Source of the DNA: Candidatus Gastranaerophilales bacterium
GTDB lineage: Bacteria > Cyanobacteriota > Vampirovibrionia > Gastranaerophilales > JANQFW01
Direction: 5' to 3'
Assembly: GCA_028277625.1 (NCBI GenBank)
Contig: JANQFW010000089.1
Coordinates: 15,815-79,814, forward strand
DNA: 64,000 nucleotides
In this document: positions 34,773 through 44,032 of the stretch, piece after piece
How the letters are laid out: every line of letters starts with the position of its first letter
Position numbering within the stretch: the stretch's first letter is position 1
Translations under genes and position numbers: made by a program
Notes under the pieces: generated by a model
Databases searched by the model: none
What the model was told of the DNA's origin: nothing
Seen by the model: only the letters and a program-made list of their open reading frames with translations

Positions 34773-36899
34773 TTATGGATTTCGGCCTATAAGGAAATCA
34801 CATCCGTTAATTTTTACTCTTATGCTGTTTTCTTCATGTTTGCGTCCTGTCATTTGTTTAAGCCAGCCGACGTTTTCATATTCTAGGTTTACTTTACTTA
34901 TGTCTTTAAATAATTCAGATTCTCTGCCTAGCCCTCCAAGCATACAAGGTTCGATGCATTTAGGAATACTTCCATCTGTTTCCCTTATTAGGTTTTTTAA
35001 TATTTCTTCATTATTGTGGTTATCGAGTACAATTTTTATTGTTGGAATTCTTTCCGGATCATGTTTTGAGCGTTTTACTATTGCAATTGTATCATTAACG
35101 CATGTTTTAATATCATGTATTCGATCCTTGCATTTTCTTGCTTCTGCTTTTGCATCACTTCCAAGTTCAGAAAATCTTAAGTTGGATGTTGATAGTTTTG
35201 CTCTTAATTTGCCAATATTTTCAATTATAGAATCTTTGTTAGGGTTTCCTTCTATCAGTTGCTCCAGCATGTCAGTTGTAAACCCTAAAGAGCCTTCAAT
35301 AACTTCGGATTCTTGTGATTTACTTATTGCTTTTTCTAGGTGGGAGAGCTTTATGCTGCTTAAGCTTATGTCGGCTATTTGACCTCTGAAATTATTTAAT
35401 ATGTTATCAATAAGTCCTTGAACTTCAGCTTTTTCGCTTGGAGAGAAGTTAAAATGTTTGCCAACATTAGCCCCTACATAGTTAAGGTTATTACTTAAGA
35501 AGTTATTTAACACACCTGAAGCATAGTTTTCTTCAGCGAATTGAAGGCTTATGTTTTTTCCTGCATTACAGCTACCTCTGCTGATATAGTCTAAATATAG
35601 CCCAACTTCTTTAGGATCTGTTAGCTCTGTTTTTCTCCTTATTTTTAAATATTCAGCTGATCCTCTTTTAGGAAGCTTTAGCATGTTTTTTATGAAATTA
35701 AATACCTTGCCTCCTGTGAGTCTGTCAAAAGAATTTTTTAGGTAGTCTGCAGCGATACTAAATGTCGCAGTTGTGGATTCTAAGTACTCTCCTGCGATAG
35801 ATCTACATGTTTCCATATTTTCTCTAGAGCCTAGTTGCTTTGACTTGCCCATAAGAAATCCTGCTGCCACAGTTGTTGCTGCCCCTGCAGTTATTAGTGC
35901 TGCAGCTATAGTTTTTTTTGCGCTTACTACTGAAGCTTGAACAAATTGTGAGGTATTATTAAAATATGCCGGGTTTAATCCCAGAGCGGCCGGGTCGCTT
36001 GGTTGAGGTTGCGTTGGCATGGTTTGATTGTTAGGTATATTACCCTGGTTTATCATGGGGTTATTAATAGGCTCCTGGGGGTATAGAGATTGGGATGGAG
36101 GTGGTGGTAGATCAGCTGGTTTTCCAGGAGGGGTAGGGTTTTCGTTAGAGCCACTTTTTTCGAATGAATTTAAGTAATCAGATTCTGGATAATTACCTGG
36201 TACAGGAGCAAATAGGGGGGCTTTAAATAATGAATCTGTTTGTCTGTGGCGTCTATTTTGTTTTTTCTCTGGAGGGGGAAGAAAGTCTTCATCATCAAGG
36301 TTCATATCGTTATTTGGAGGATATCCGCCAGGTATATTAGGCGGTGGTTGCATGTTTGGAGGTAATCCCATTGGAGGGGCTGGCTGCATGCCTGGTGGCA
36401 TATCTTGTGGATTGTTAAAATCGAATGGTGATGTTGCGCCTATAGGTGGTATCGGTTGGGTAAATGTGGGTTGTGAATTGTTAAATTGTTGAGGTTGTTG
36501 AGGGGCATTTTTTTTCTCATTTTCTTTTTCTTTTCTTGCAAGAATTGCCGAGGCTATATCCATATTTTTGCCAATTTCTTCTGGGGGAGATTTTACTTCT
36601 TTGTCTTTATCTCTTGTGTTTATTTGAGGTGGTAATTGATTTTGAAGGTGGCTCATAACATCAGTTCGTTTCACCCCTTGCTTTGGTTCAGGGAGGGGTG
36701 TTTTGGGATTGTATGGTGTTATTTGTTGTACTTGCATATCCTGAGGCAAGGGGATTGGTAGTTGAGGTGGGGCAAGAGGTTGTTGTATATCGCTATTCCC
36801 AAACTTACTGTGTTTTTTTTCAGTTAGTTTGGGTTTATTATTGCCTGTTTGTTGATTGTTGCCTTTTGTTTTTTTAGTAGGCTTGTAATTTATCAGCAT
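34773..36899 (-). CDS. large proline/glutamine-rich membrane protein, function unknown
   Basis: 708 aa: about 330-aa low-complexity P/Q/N-rich N-terminal half, one hydrophobic segment (AAALITAGAATTVAAGFLMG), and a about 350-aa C-terminal globular region with no recognised family. The plus-strand ORF 34726-35382 is its shadow. Confidence 0.6.
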   Translation of the reverse strand: MLINYKPTKKTKGNNQQTGNNKPKLTEKKHSKFGNSDIQQPLAPPQLPIPLPQDMQVQQITPYNPKTPLPEPKQGVKRTDVMSHLQNQLPPQINTRDKDKEVKSPPEEIGKNMDIASAILARKEKENEKKNAPQQPQQFNNSQPTFTQPIPPIGATSPFDFNNPQDMPPGMQPAPPMGLPPNMQPPPNIPGGYPPNNDMNLDDEDFLPPPEKKQNRRHRQTDSLFKAPLFAPVPGNYPESDYLNSFEKSGSNENPTPPGKPADLPPPPSQSLYPQEPINNPMINQGNIPNNQTMPTQPQPSDPAALGLNPAYFNNTSQFVQASVVSAKKTIAAALITAGAATTVAAGFLMGKSKQLGSRENMETCRSIAGEYLESTTATFSIAADYLKNSFDRLTGGKVFNFIKNMLKLPKRGSAEYLKIRRKTELTDPKEVGLYLDYISRGSCNAGKNISLQFAEENYASGVLNNFLSNNLNYVGANVGKHFNFSPSEKAEVQGLIDNILNNFRGQIADISLSSIKLSHLEKAISKSQESEVIEGSLGFTTDMLEQLIEGNPNKDSIIENIGKLRAKLSTSNLRFSELGSDAKAEARKCKDRIHDIKTCVNDTIAIVKRSKHDPERIPTIKIVLDNHNNEEILKNLIRETDGSIPKCIEPCMLGGLGRESELFKDISKVNLEYENVGWLKQMTGRKHEENSIRVKINGCDFLIGRNP

Positions 36900-37164
36900 G
36901 TTAATTTACTTCTTTTTTATTCTAAGTTAAAAAATGCTTTCATAAAATATAAATACAAACATAGATATATTTGCTAGCTAACTGGCAAAACAGGGTTAAT
37001 ATTTAAATATGTTTACAATGAGTGGAACTTAATTTGGCTGTGACTAGTCAATTTAAATTATAAGTAAAAAAGATGTATCGTTTTTTAATTTTTTTTGAAT
37101 AATAGATATGTTTTGGATAAAATATTAAACAATAAGATGAATAAATAGAAGAGGTTTAATAATA

Positions 37165-38271
37165 GTGGATTTTGTTGCAATAACAGTTGAATTTTTAAAA
37201 TTTCTGGCTAACTTAACCGGAAGTTACGGACTGGGAATAGTACTGTTTACTTTAGTTATTAGGGCTGCGATGTGGCCACTAAGTTTTTCTCAGCAGAAAA
37301 GTATGAAAAAAATGCAGGAGCTAGCTCCTAAGTTGAAACAGCTACAAGCAAGATATAAAAGTGATCCTCAGGCTATGCAAATGAAAATGATGGAGTTTTA
37401 TAAAGAACATAAGTTTAATCCGCTTGGTGGTTGCGTTCCATTAATGGTACAAATGCCTATATTTATTTTGCTTTATGCGGCTTTGATAAGTCCTCAGTTT
37501 ATGGATTTATCTGGTAATTCATCTTTTATGTTTATAAATAAACTAAGTTCAACTTTAAGAGATAGAGCTGGTGTTGTTGGTGATGCTACGTTTGCTGTAG
37601 AAAGACAAGATCGGTTTGTTCTTGATAAGCATGTTAAGGTTTATTTGAAAGACGGGAAAACTCTTGATAATGCAATAATACTTAATGAAAAGAAAGCTAT
37701 AGATAAGCCTGAGCAGATTATTCCAGGACAAACTGTTAAGTTTGGTATTAGCTTAAGCAATTTGGATTTACCTTATGAAGAGTTAGGTAAAGTCGAAAAA
37801 GCTGATATTACTGTAATAAACGAAAATACCAAGGAAATTGAGCATATAACTTTTAAAGTTAAAGATTCTAAATTGTCTGCTGATATAAAAACTGAAAAAG
37901 TTGAAACAAAGTTTAATTATGATGTTTTAACTTTAATTATATTGTTCGCGGTAACTATGATGATTACTCAAAAGATAATGAGTAAAATGTCTAATACTGC
38001 AGCTATGGATCCTATGCAAAAGAACATGCAAGAAAAAATGGCTAAAATTATGCCTGTGGCAATAGTTGTTCCTTTGGTATTTATCCCAATACCTGCGGGT
38101 GTGTTCTTATACTTTGTGGTTAGCAATGTCTTCCAGATAGCGCAAACAGTTATAATAAATAAACAGTTGGATGCTGCCAGTAAGGCAAGTGGTCCTGACG
38201 TTATACAAGCAGAAACTGTTGAAAAAAAAACTCTAAATAATGATAATCATCAAAAAATTAGTCATAAATAG
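37165..38271 (+). CDS. yidC: membrane protein insertase YidC/Oxa1 family, with about 130-aa insertion
   Basis: GLGIVLFTLVIRAAMWPLS..Q.KSM.KMQ.L.P....L..RYK.D.......M.EFYKEHK.NP..GC.P...Q.PIF..LY is the YidC core. GTG start. Confidence 0.9.
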   Translation: MDFVAITVEFLKFLANLTGSYGLGIVLFTLVIRAAMWPLSFSQQKSMKKMQELAPKLKQLQARYKSDPQAMQMKMMEFYKEHKFNPLGGCVPLMVQMPIFILLYAALISPQFMDLSGNSSFMFINKLSSTLRDRAGVVGDATFAVERQDRFVLDKHVKVYLKDGKTLDNAIILNEKKAIDKPEQIIPGQTVKFGISLSNLDLPYEELGKVEKADITVINENTKEIEHITFKVKDSKLSADIKTEKVETKFNYDVLTLIILFAVTMMITQKIMSKMSNTAAMDPMQKNMQEKMAKIMPVAIVVPLVFIPIPAGVFLYFVVSNVFQIAQTVIINKQLDAASKASGPDVIQAETVEKKTLNNDNHQKISHK

Positions 38272-38273
38272 TT

Positions 38274-39659
38274 ATGAATTACATTATTAATGATACAATA
38301 GCAGCAATTGCAACGCCTCTTGGTACAGGAGGTGTTGCTGTTATTAGGATAAGTGGTGAAAAAGTTTTTGATATTATTTCAGAAATTTTTTCTTTGAGCT
38401 TAAAGAATAAAAAATTACCTGACTTTGAGGCTAATAAAATATATTATGGTTGGATAAAAGATAATGATAATCTGATTGATCAAGTATTATTATTATTATT
38501 TAGAGGGCCTAAGAGTTTTACTGGCGAAGATGTTATAGAAATTCATTGCCATGGTGGGATTAATGTAACTAAGAATATTCTGCAACTTTGTTTGAATGCT
38601 GGTGCAAGATCGGCAACGCGTGGAGAATTTAGTAAACGAGCTTTTTTGAATGGGAAGATGGGCTTGACTGAGGCTGAGGCTATACTAGATATTATTCATT
38701 CGCGCACAGATAAGTTTTCTCAGATTTCTGCTTATAATTTATCAGGGAAGTTATCTTTTTATATAAAAGAGATAAAAAGTGAGGTTATAAACCTTTTGTC
38801 AGAGGTTATAGCTGCTCTTGATTTTTCTGAGGAGGTTGATGAGCCTGAATATAGCTATATAGTAGAGCGTATAAATGATATTGTTGTTAAGATTAACAAT
38901 GTTTTAAGGTCTTCTAATAATTCTAACTTAATGAGGCAGGGTTTGAAAGTGGCCATAGCTGGCAAGCCTAATGTTGGTAAATCTTCGTTATTTAACACTT
39001 TATTGGATATACAGAGGGCCATTGTTACTGATATTGCTGGGACTACTCGTGACATTATTCAAGAATCTTTAGATGTGGATGGTATTCCTGTTACATTGAT
39101 AGATACTGCTGGTATTCGAGAATTGGAAAATGAAACACATAGTGATCAAATTGAATCTATTGGTATAAATATTGCTAAAGATCATATACAAAGCGCGGAT
39201 ATAGTTTTATTTTTGTATGACTTGACTAAAGGTATGCAGGAGCAAGATATTGATATTTTTTCTGAAATAAAAGATAAGCCAGTAATAAAAGTGGGGTCTA
39301 AGGTTGATCTGATTGATAACCTTGATAAATTGGTGCAGCAAGATGGGCATGATTGTATGATATCAACAAAAACCCGTGAGGGAATTGAGACTGTGAAACA
39401 AAAAATAAAAGAACTAGTATTATCTGCAAATGATATTGATAATAGTGAGTATGCTACAAATATTAGGCATCAGGAGTGTTTATTTAATGCTAAAAAATCA
39501 TTATTACTGGCTGTTGATTCTTGCCAAAACTATGCACCTCAGGATTTTGTATCTATAGATTTGAAGGCTGCACTGTTGTCTCTTGATGAGATAACAGGAG
39601 AGGTTGTTACTGAAGAAATTTTAGACAATATTTTTTCTAATTTCTGTATTGGTAAGTAG
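38274..39659 (+). CDS. mnmE: tRNA modification GTPase MnmE
   Basis: 461 aa. G-domain motifs GKPNVGKSSLFN and DTAGIR, and the characteristic C-terminal CIGK. Confidence 0.95.
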   Translation: MNYIINDTIAAIATPLGTGGVAVIRISGEKVFDIISEIFSLSLKNKKLPDFEANKIYYGWIKDNDNLIDQVLLLLFRGPKSFTGEDVIEIHCHGGINVTKNILQLCLNAGARSATRGEFSKRAFLNGKMGLTEAEAILDIIHSRTDKFSQISAYNLSGKLSFYIKEIKSEVINLLSEVIAALDFSEEVDEPEYSYIVERINDIVVKINNVLRSSNNSNLMRQGLKVAIAGKPNVGKSSLFNTLLDIQRAIVTDIAGTTRDIIQESLDVDGIPVTLIDTAGIRELENETHSDQIESIGINIAKDHIQSADIVLFLYDLTKGMQEQDIDIFSEIKDKPVIKVGSKVDLIDNLDKLVQQDGHDCMISTKTREGIETVKQKIKELVLSANDIDNSEYATNIRHQECLFNAKKSLLLAVDSCQNYAPQDFVSIDLKAALLSLDEITGEVVTEEILDNIFSNFCIGK

Positions 39660-39669
39660 TGTAAACACA

Positions 39670-39697
39670 AACGAACCTCCTGATCAGGAGGTTCGTT
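39670..39697. terminator. perfect 28-bp palindrome between convergent genes
   Basis: AACGAACCTCCTGA|TCAGGAGGTTCGTT, 14-bp G+C-containing stem. No clean U-tract on either strand. Confidence 0.5.
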
Positions 39698-39714
39698 AAA
39701 ATAATTTTATTTAA

Positions 39715-40368
39715 TTAAAAAACCCTTCTGTTCCACCAGGCTTTATCAGACTCTTTTTTTACTGTTTCATTTTCCTTTTTGAGCCTATTATTTTTAGTTT
39801 CCATTTCAATGTTGCGTTTTCTTAGTAATTTAAGCTCATTTTCTAGGTTATGAATATTTTCTTTAGCTTCGTTAACCTGTTCATTAAGTATTTTATTGTT
39901 TGACACTAAACTTAAGTATTCAGCATCTTTACGGCGTTCAGAATCTTCTAAGAGTCTTATTTGAGATTCTGCGTTGATAATTCTGTCAATATATTCTTTT
40001 ATGTGGTTATTCATGTCTTTTGAGTAATTCATAACACTTTCGATGATATTGCGAGTATCTAATTGTTGAGACATAGGATTTGTATGTTGATTAGTATTAA
40101 TATGTTCATACTCTGCGTCTTCAAAGTATTCATTCATGTCATTATTTGTTTCATTTGCGCTCGTGTTAGCTTCTCCAGGTAGCTTGCCAAATTTTTTGGA
40201 ATAAAGATTTTTGTATTCTTCATCACTAAGTATGACTACGTTAACATCTCTGTTGTTAATATTTTTTAATTCTGTATTTAATCCTTGTTTTTTAATCCAC
40301 TTCCAAGCTGTATTAACGGATACTTCAAACTCAGCTGCAAATTCTGATATTAGATATTCTTTACTCAT
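39715..40368 (-). CDS. HTH DNA-binding protein with long C-terminal coiled coil
   Basis: The N-terminal YLISEFAAEFEVSVNTAWKWIKKQGL resembles a MerR/excisionase-type HTH. The C-terminal about 90 aa is heptad-like and charged. Confidence 0.5.
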   Translation of the reverse strand: MSKEYLISEFAAEFEVSVNTAWKWIKKQGLNTELKNINNRDVNVVILSDEEYKNLYSKKFGKLPGEANTSANETNNDMNEYFEDAEYEHINTNQHTNPMSQQLDTRNIIESVMNYSKDMNNHIKEYIDRIINAESQIRLLEDSERRKDAEYLSLVSNNKILNEQVNEAKENIHNLENELKLLRKRNIEMETKNNRLKKENETVKKESDKAWWNRRVF

Positions 40369-40567
40369 ACACTCTTCCCTTTTTAAATTTTAGCTATATT
40401 AGATTATTAACTTGTTAATAACTATTTATGAATAATTTTATAACACGCTCGTTTAAAATTTGCAAACCAGAAAGTCGAAATATTAAGAACCTGGCTTTCT
40501 TACTAAAAGAAGCCAGGCTCATGTTATGAAGTTACTTGCTGTTAATAACATTATTATTTTTAGAAAA

Positions 40568-40603
40568 CCGAAGAGTCTTTGTTTAGGGGTATAGTCTCTT
40601 TGG
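40568..40603 (-). terminator. imperfect hairpin + U-run after the MCP gene
   Basis: Minus strand CCAAAGAGACU...AGACUCUUCGG (9 of 11 positions paired) followed by UUUUCU. About 30 nt after the stop at 40636. Confidence 0.35.
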
Positions 40604-40635
40604 AGGTAGGACGCTTGCTTTGTTTTTGTTAGAAT

Positions 40636-42537
40636 TTATTTTTTTATAACTTGGTGATTTTTTTGGCTTATGTGGGTATTAACGTTCACTGAGAACGACT
40701 TATTGTGCGTTCTATTTTTTGATTCTGATCCACTTATAATAGCAACGAGGTTATTTACCACCAACTTCATATTTTCAGATTGAGAGGAAAGTTCCTCTGA
40801 GGCTGAAGCACTTTCTTCTGCGTTAGAAGCATTATTTTGTATAACCTGATCTATAGAGGATATAGATTTATTAACTTCTAATAAGCCTTGTGCTTGTTCT
40901 TGACTGGCTTCGGCTATTTCCCCCAGTAGTGCATTAACCTTTTCAGATTGTGTGTTAATTTCGTTAAGCGAGTCCTTTACTTGTCTTGAAATCATAACAC
41001 CTTGTTCTGATATGTTAACGTTATCTTCTATAATGCCAGCTGTATTTTTAGCTGCCTGTGCGCTTTTTTGAGCAAGATTCCTAACTTCTTCTGCTACAAC
41101 TGCAAACCCTTGTCCTGCATCTCCAGCTCTTGCTGCTTCTACAGCTGCATTTAGAGCTAAGATATTTGTTTGAAATGCAATTTCGTCAATTACTTTTATA
41201 ATTTTAGCAATTTCATTACTGGATTGTTTTAGATCCCCCATTGACTTCATCATGTCATCCATTTCTCTATTTGCCTTGTTGGATGAGTGACTTACGCAGC
41301 TAGCGATATTAACTGATTCTTGTGAGTTTCTACTATTTTGAGTAACCATAGAAGATGTTTCTTCAAGGGTAGATGAAATTTCCTGAATAGATGAAGCTTG
41401 CTCGGTGCTGCCTTCTGCCAGCTGTTGAGATGAATTTTTTAGTTGATTAGAGGCTGATGCTACAAATAATGAATTTTGATTTATATCTTTTACCAACCTA
41501 TTAATTGGTTTTGTTATGCTTTTTGTTATCAAAATAGCTGCTATGACAATTGTTATAATGGATAAGAGAAAAATAACTAAAGAATTTATCTTTAAGTTGT
41601 ATACTGCTGCAAGTGCTTCAGATTTATCGATCTCCGCGACGATAGCCCACTTTTTATCATGTATTTTAACGGGTTCATAAGAGCTTAATACTTCAACTCC
41701 TCTATAGTCTTTAATAAATTTTGTTTCATTTTTGCCGCTAAGTGCGTTTTTTATTGCTTCTGTCTTAATTGCTATATGATTTTCAAAAGAGTTATTAACC
41801 GTTAAATTACTATCAAGTCTTGAGTTTGATCTCAATAGTCCATCAGACCCAACTAGATAAGTTTCACCGCTTTCGCCGAGTCCTTCACTATCATTCATTA
41901 TTTTGTTTATTTTATCTAGTGATATTTGGACAGCAAAAGCCCCGACTATGGCATTGTTATTATGTACATCTGTTAGAGGAGTTATTATAAAAGATGCTGG
42001 TTCTGAAGATGGTTGATAGTATTTAAAGTCCATAAATGTAACTTCACCTGTTGTAAGGGTTTTCAAGAATCCTTCAGCCAGGTTTGAGTCACTATATTTT
42101 CCGTTTACCAGATTAGTTCCATAGTCAGCCTCATGGGTATCTGTGTATATTATATTTCCTGTTTTATCTATTATAAAAACATCGTAGAATCCCATTTTCA
42201 TAATATCATTGTGTTCTTTTAATAAGTGTTTGAGCTTGCTATCATAAATACTTAATTTTTCTTTGAAACTACTTTTATCCTTGTAGTATTCATTTAATCT
42301 GACAATAATCATGTGAGTTCTTGCAAATGTATCTACTAGCTTTATTGTGTCAGAGAAGTAGCTTTCTATTCGCTCTGCTTTCAAGTGTTTTATGCCTTTA
42401 AGTTTTAATATTGCTGCATCTTTTAATGCGTCAGAGGCAGAATTGCAAGCAATATAAGCAAAAATAAGCAGAGGTAGAATACCTGCAAGTAAAAAACTGC
42501 TTAGCAATTTTGTGCTAAGATTTAAATTTTTAAACAT
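40636..42537 (-). CDS. methyl-accepting chemotaxis protein with periplasmic Cache-like sensor
   Basis: 633 aa: TM, about 280-aa extracytoplasmic region, TM, HAMP, then [38 protein letters not shown]. Confidence 0.9.
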   Translation of the reverse strand: MFKNLNLSTKLLSSFLLAGILPLLIFAYIACNSASDALKDAAILKLKGIKHLKAERIESYFSDTIKLVDTFARTHMIIVRLNEYYKDKSSFKEKLSIYDSKLKHLLKEHNDIMKMGFYDVFIIDKTGNIIYTDTHEADYGTNLVNGKYSDSNLAEGFLKTLTTGEVTFMDFKYYQPSSEPASFIITPLTDVHNNNAIVGAFAVQISLDKINKIMNDSEGLGESGETYLVGSDGLLRSNSRLDSNLTVNNSFENHIAIKTEAIKNALSGKNETKFIKDYRGVEVLSSYEPVKIHDKKWAIVAEIDKSEALAAVYNLKINSLVIFLLSIITIVIAAILITKSITKPINRLVKDINQNSLFVASASNQLKNSSQQLAEGSTEQASSIQEISSTLEETSSMVTQNSRNSQESVNIASCVSHSSNKANREMDDMMKSMGDLKQSSNEIAKIIKVIDEIAFQTNILALNAAVEAARAGDAGQGFAVVAEEVRNLAQKSAQAAKNTAGIIEDNVNISEQGVMISRQVKDSLNEINTQSEKVNALLGEIAEASQEQAQGLLEVNKSISSIDQVIQNNASNAEESASASEELSSQSENMKLVVNNLVAIISGSESKNRTHNKSFSVNVNTHISQKNHQVIKK

Positions 42538-42794
42538 TTAAACAATCCTTCCAAAATGATTCCTAATATCCGACTAAACAATAACTTCAGATTTTACTCT
42601 GTAATGATTAATTGATATTTTTTTTACTTTAATTATTTGTATCTTTGTATGTAAATGCAATGCATGATAATTCTATCTACATGTGTATATTCCATGAATC
42701 ATCTATTTTTATGAAATATTTTGAAAAAATAATTTAAATATATAAAAATCACAGGGTTATTTTTTTTATATTTGTTTTATAGCTAATTTAAGGG

Positions 42795-43058
42795 TTAAAA
42801 TTCTTCTTCCAAAATTATATTTTCTAACTCATACCTATCCAAGTGACCCTTCAATAAATATCCCATAATCATTGCGCAAGCTATTATGTCTTTCTCTTCA
42901 ATGTTAGTACGAGATTTAACTTTGTTTATCAGGTCAGCATAATTATGCATAACTTGCAGCATTTGAGAGTCAATCCTATCTACCATAACATTCATTGTTA
43001 TGGATGGATTTTCTAGACTTTTTAAGAAGTCTTCAGCTGCTTTTATTTTGTTTTGCAT
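42795..43058 (-). CDS. hypothetical protein
   Basis: The ATG at 43058 is preceded by GGGGTGGGA (the ORF track starts at 43088). No family recognised. Confidence 0.4.
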   Translation of the reverse strand: MQNKIKAAEDFLKSLENPSITMNVMVDRIDSQMLQVMHNYADLINKVKSRTNIEEKDIIACAMIMGYLLKGHLDRYELENIILEEEF

Positions 43059-43140
43059 TTTTCCCACCCCGTATGGTGTGTTTAACATACTATTAATATA
43101 ACAATACGGGACTTCAACTTCAACATACAGTTGGGTAGAA

Positions 43141-43578
43141 CTAAACAGGTATTTTAAAATATCTTTGTTTTAATGTGTAACTAATATCTTCTAGCCATAA
43201 AAACCCTATTAATTTCTTTTTCCAAGGAACTTCAACTACTGGTAGGCACTTGTTTTTAAAGCATTTCATTGTTTCATATGCTTCATCTAAACTCATTCCT
43301 GGATAAAGAACAATTGGATAGTCGTACTGATAAGCCAAATCTTTTATTTGTGTATTTCTGATAATGCTTAAGTTTTGCTTTAATCTATCTTTTAGGATTC
43401 TTTTTAGTTTTGTTTTATTTATGTAGCCTAAAAGATAAGATTCTTTGTTTGTAATAGGAATATCCTCGACGTTAAAAAGCTTCATTTTCTCAAAAATATC
43501 GTAAATAGTGTCATTTTCGCAAACAAATACAGAGTCTTCTCTTGTATACTCTTTTACAATCCTTTTAGTCAAACCCAT
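43141..43578 (-). CDS. CBS-pair domain protein
   Basis: 145 aa with two CBS-like repeats (...V.ENDTIYDIFEKMKLFNVEDIPI.... and ...MSLDEAYETMKCFKNKCLPVV...). Confidence 0.65.
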   Translation of the reverse strand: MGLTKRIVKEYTREDSVFVCENDTIYDIFEKMKLFNVEDIPITNKESYLLGYINKTKLKRILKDRLKQNLSIIRNTQIKDLAYQYDYPIVLYPGMSLDEAYETMKCFKNKCLPVVEVPWKKKLIGFLWLEDISYTLKQRYFKIPV

Positions 43579-43888
43579 ATTAAATCCTCTCTATAATGAA
43601 GAAATTTTTGGTAAAAAAAGGTTAAATCCTTTTAAATTAGATTACAGTAGTAAATTAAACTAATCTTTTTTGAAAAACTATAAATGAAAGAATAAGAAAA
43701 AAGTCTTTATAAAGTATAACTCTTTTTTTGCTGAACCCATATTAAATCCTCTCTAAATGTGAAGAAATTTTTAGTAAAAAAAATATTAAATACTTTTAGG
43801 TAGATTATATTAATAAATTTAACTAATTTTTTTTTGAAAAACTATAAGTAAATAGGGTAAAAATATTTATAAAAAAAATATAACTTAC
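43572..43888. repeat. tandem duplication (period 162 bp) of the CBS-gene 5' leader, including the start codon
   Basis: Unit 1 is 43572-43733, unit 2 is 43734-about 43888. Both begin AACCCATATTAAATCCTCTCT (minus strand: AGAGAGGATTTAATATGGGTT = RBS + ATG GGT). Similarity stays recognisable across the units. Confidence 0.8.
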
Positions 43889-44032
43889 CTAGTTAAGTGT
43901 AGCCATCATGTAAATGACCTAGAATTAGATAATGTTTCTATATAGTTTAATTAAAAAGTTTTTTATATGTATACAAGGGTTTTGTATTGTACTTATTTCA
44001 AGTGTTTTAATAGGGTAATAATTTATTCTCCG

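Noticed and set aside
34726-35382. 218-aa plus-strand ORF
   Set aside because: It is fully antisense to the 708-aa minus-strand CDS and has a Ser/Leu/Phe-rich nonsense-like translation. The minus-strand frame is much longer and has a coherent domain layout.
39670-39697. 28-bp perfect palindrome considered as a protein-binding or recombination (dif-like) site
   Set aside because: Its position exactly between two convergent stop codons and its G+C-rich stem fit a bidirectional transcription terminator/stabiliser hairpin. There is no dif-like consensus.
43572-43888. Tandem repeat considered as a CRISPR-like or minisatellite array
   Set aside because: There are only two units of 162 bp, with no short repeat/spacer alternation and no cas genes. 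It is a segmental duplication of a leader.
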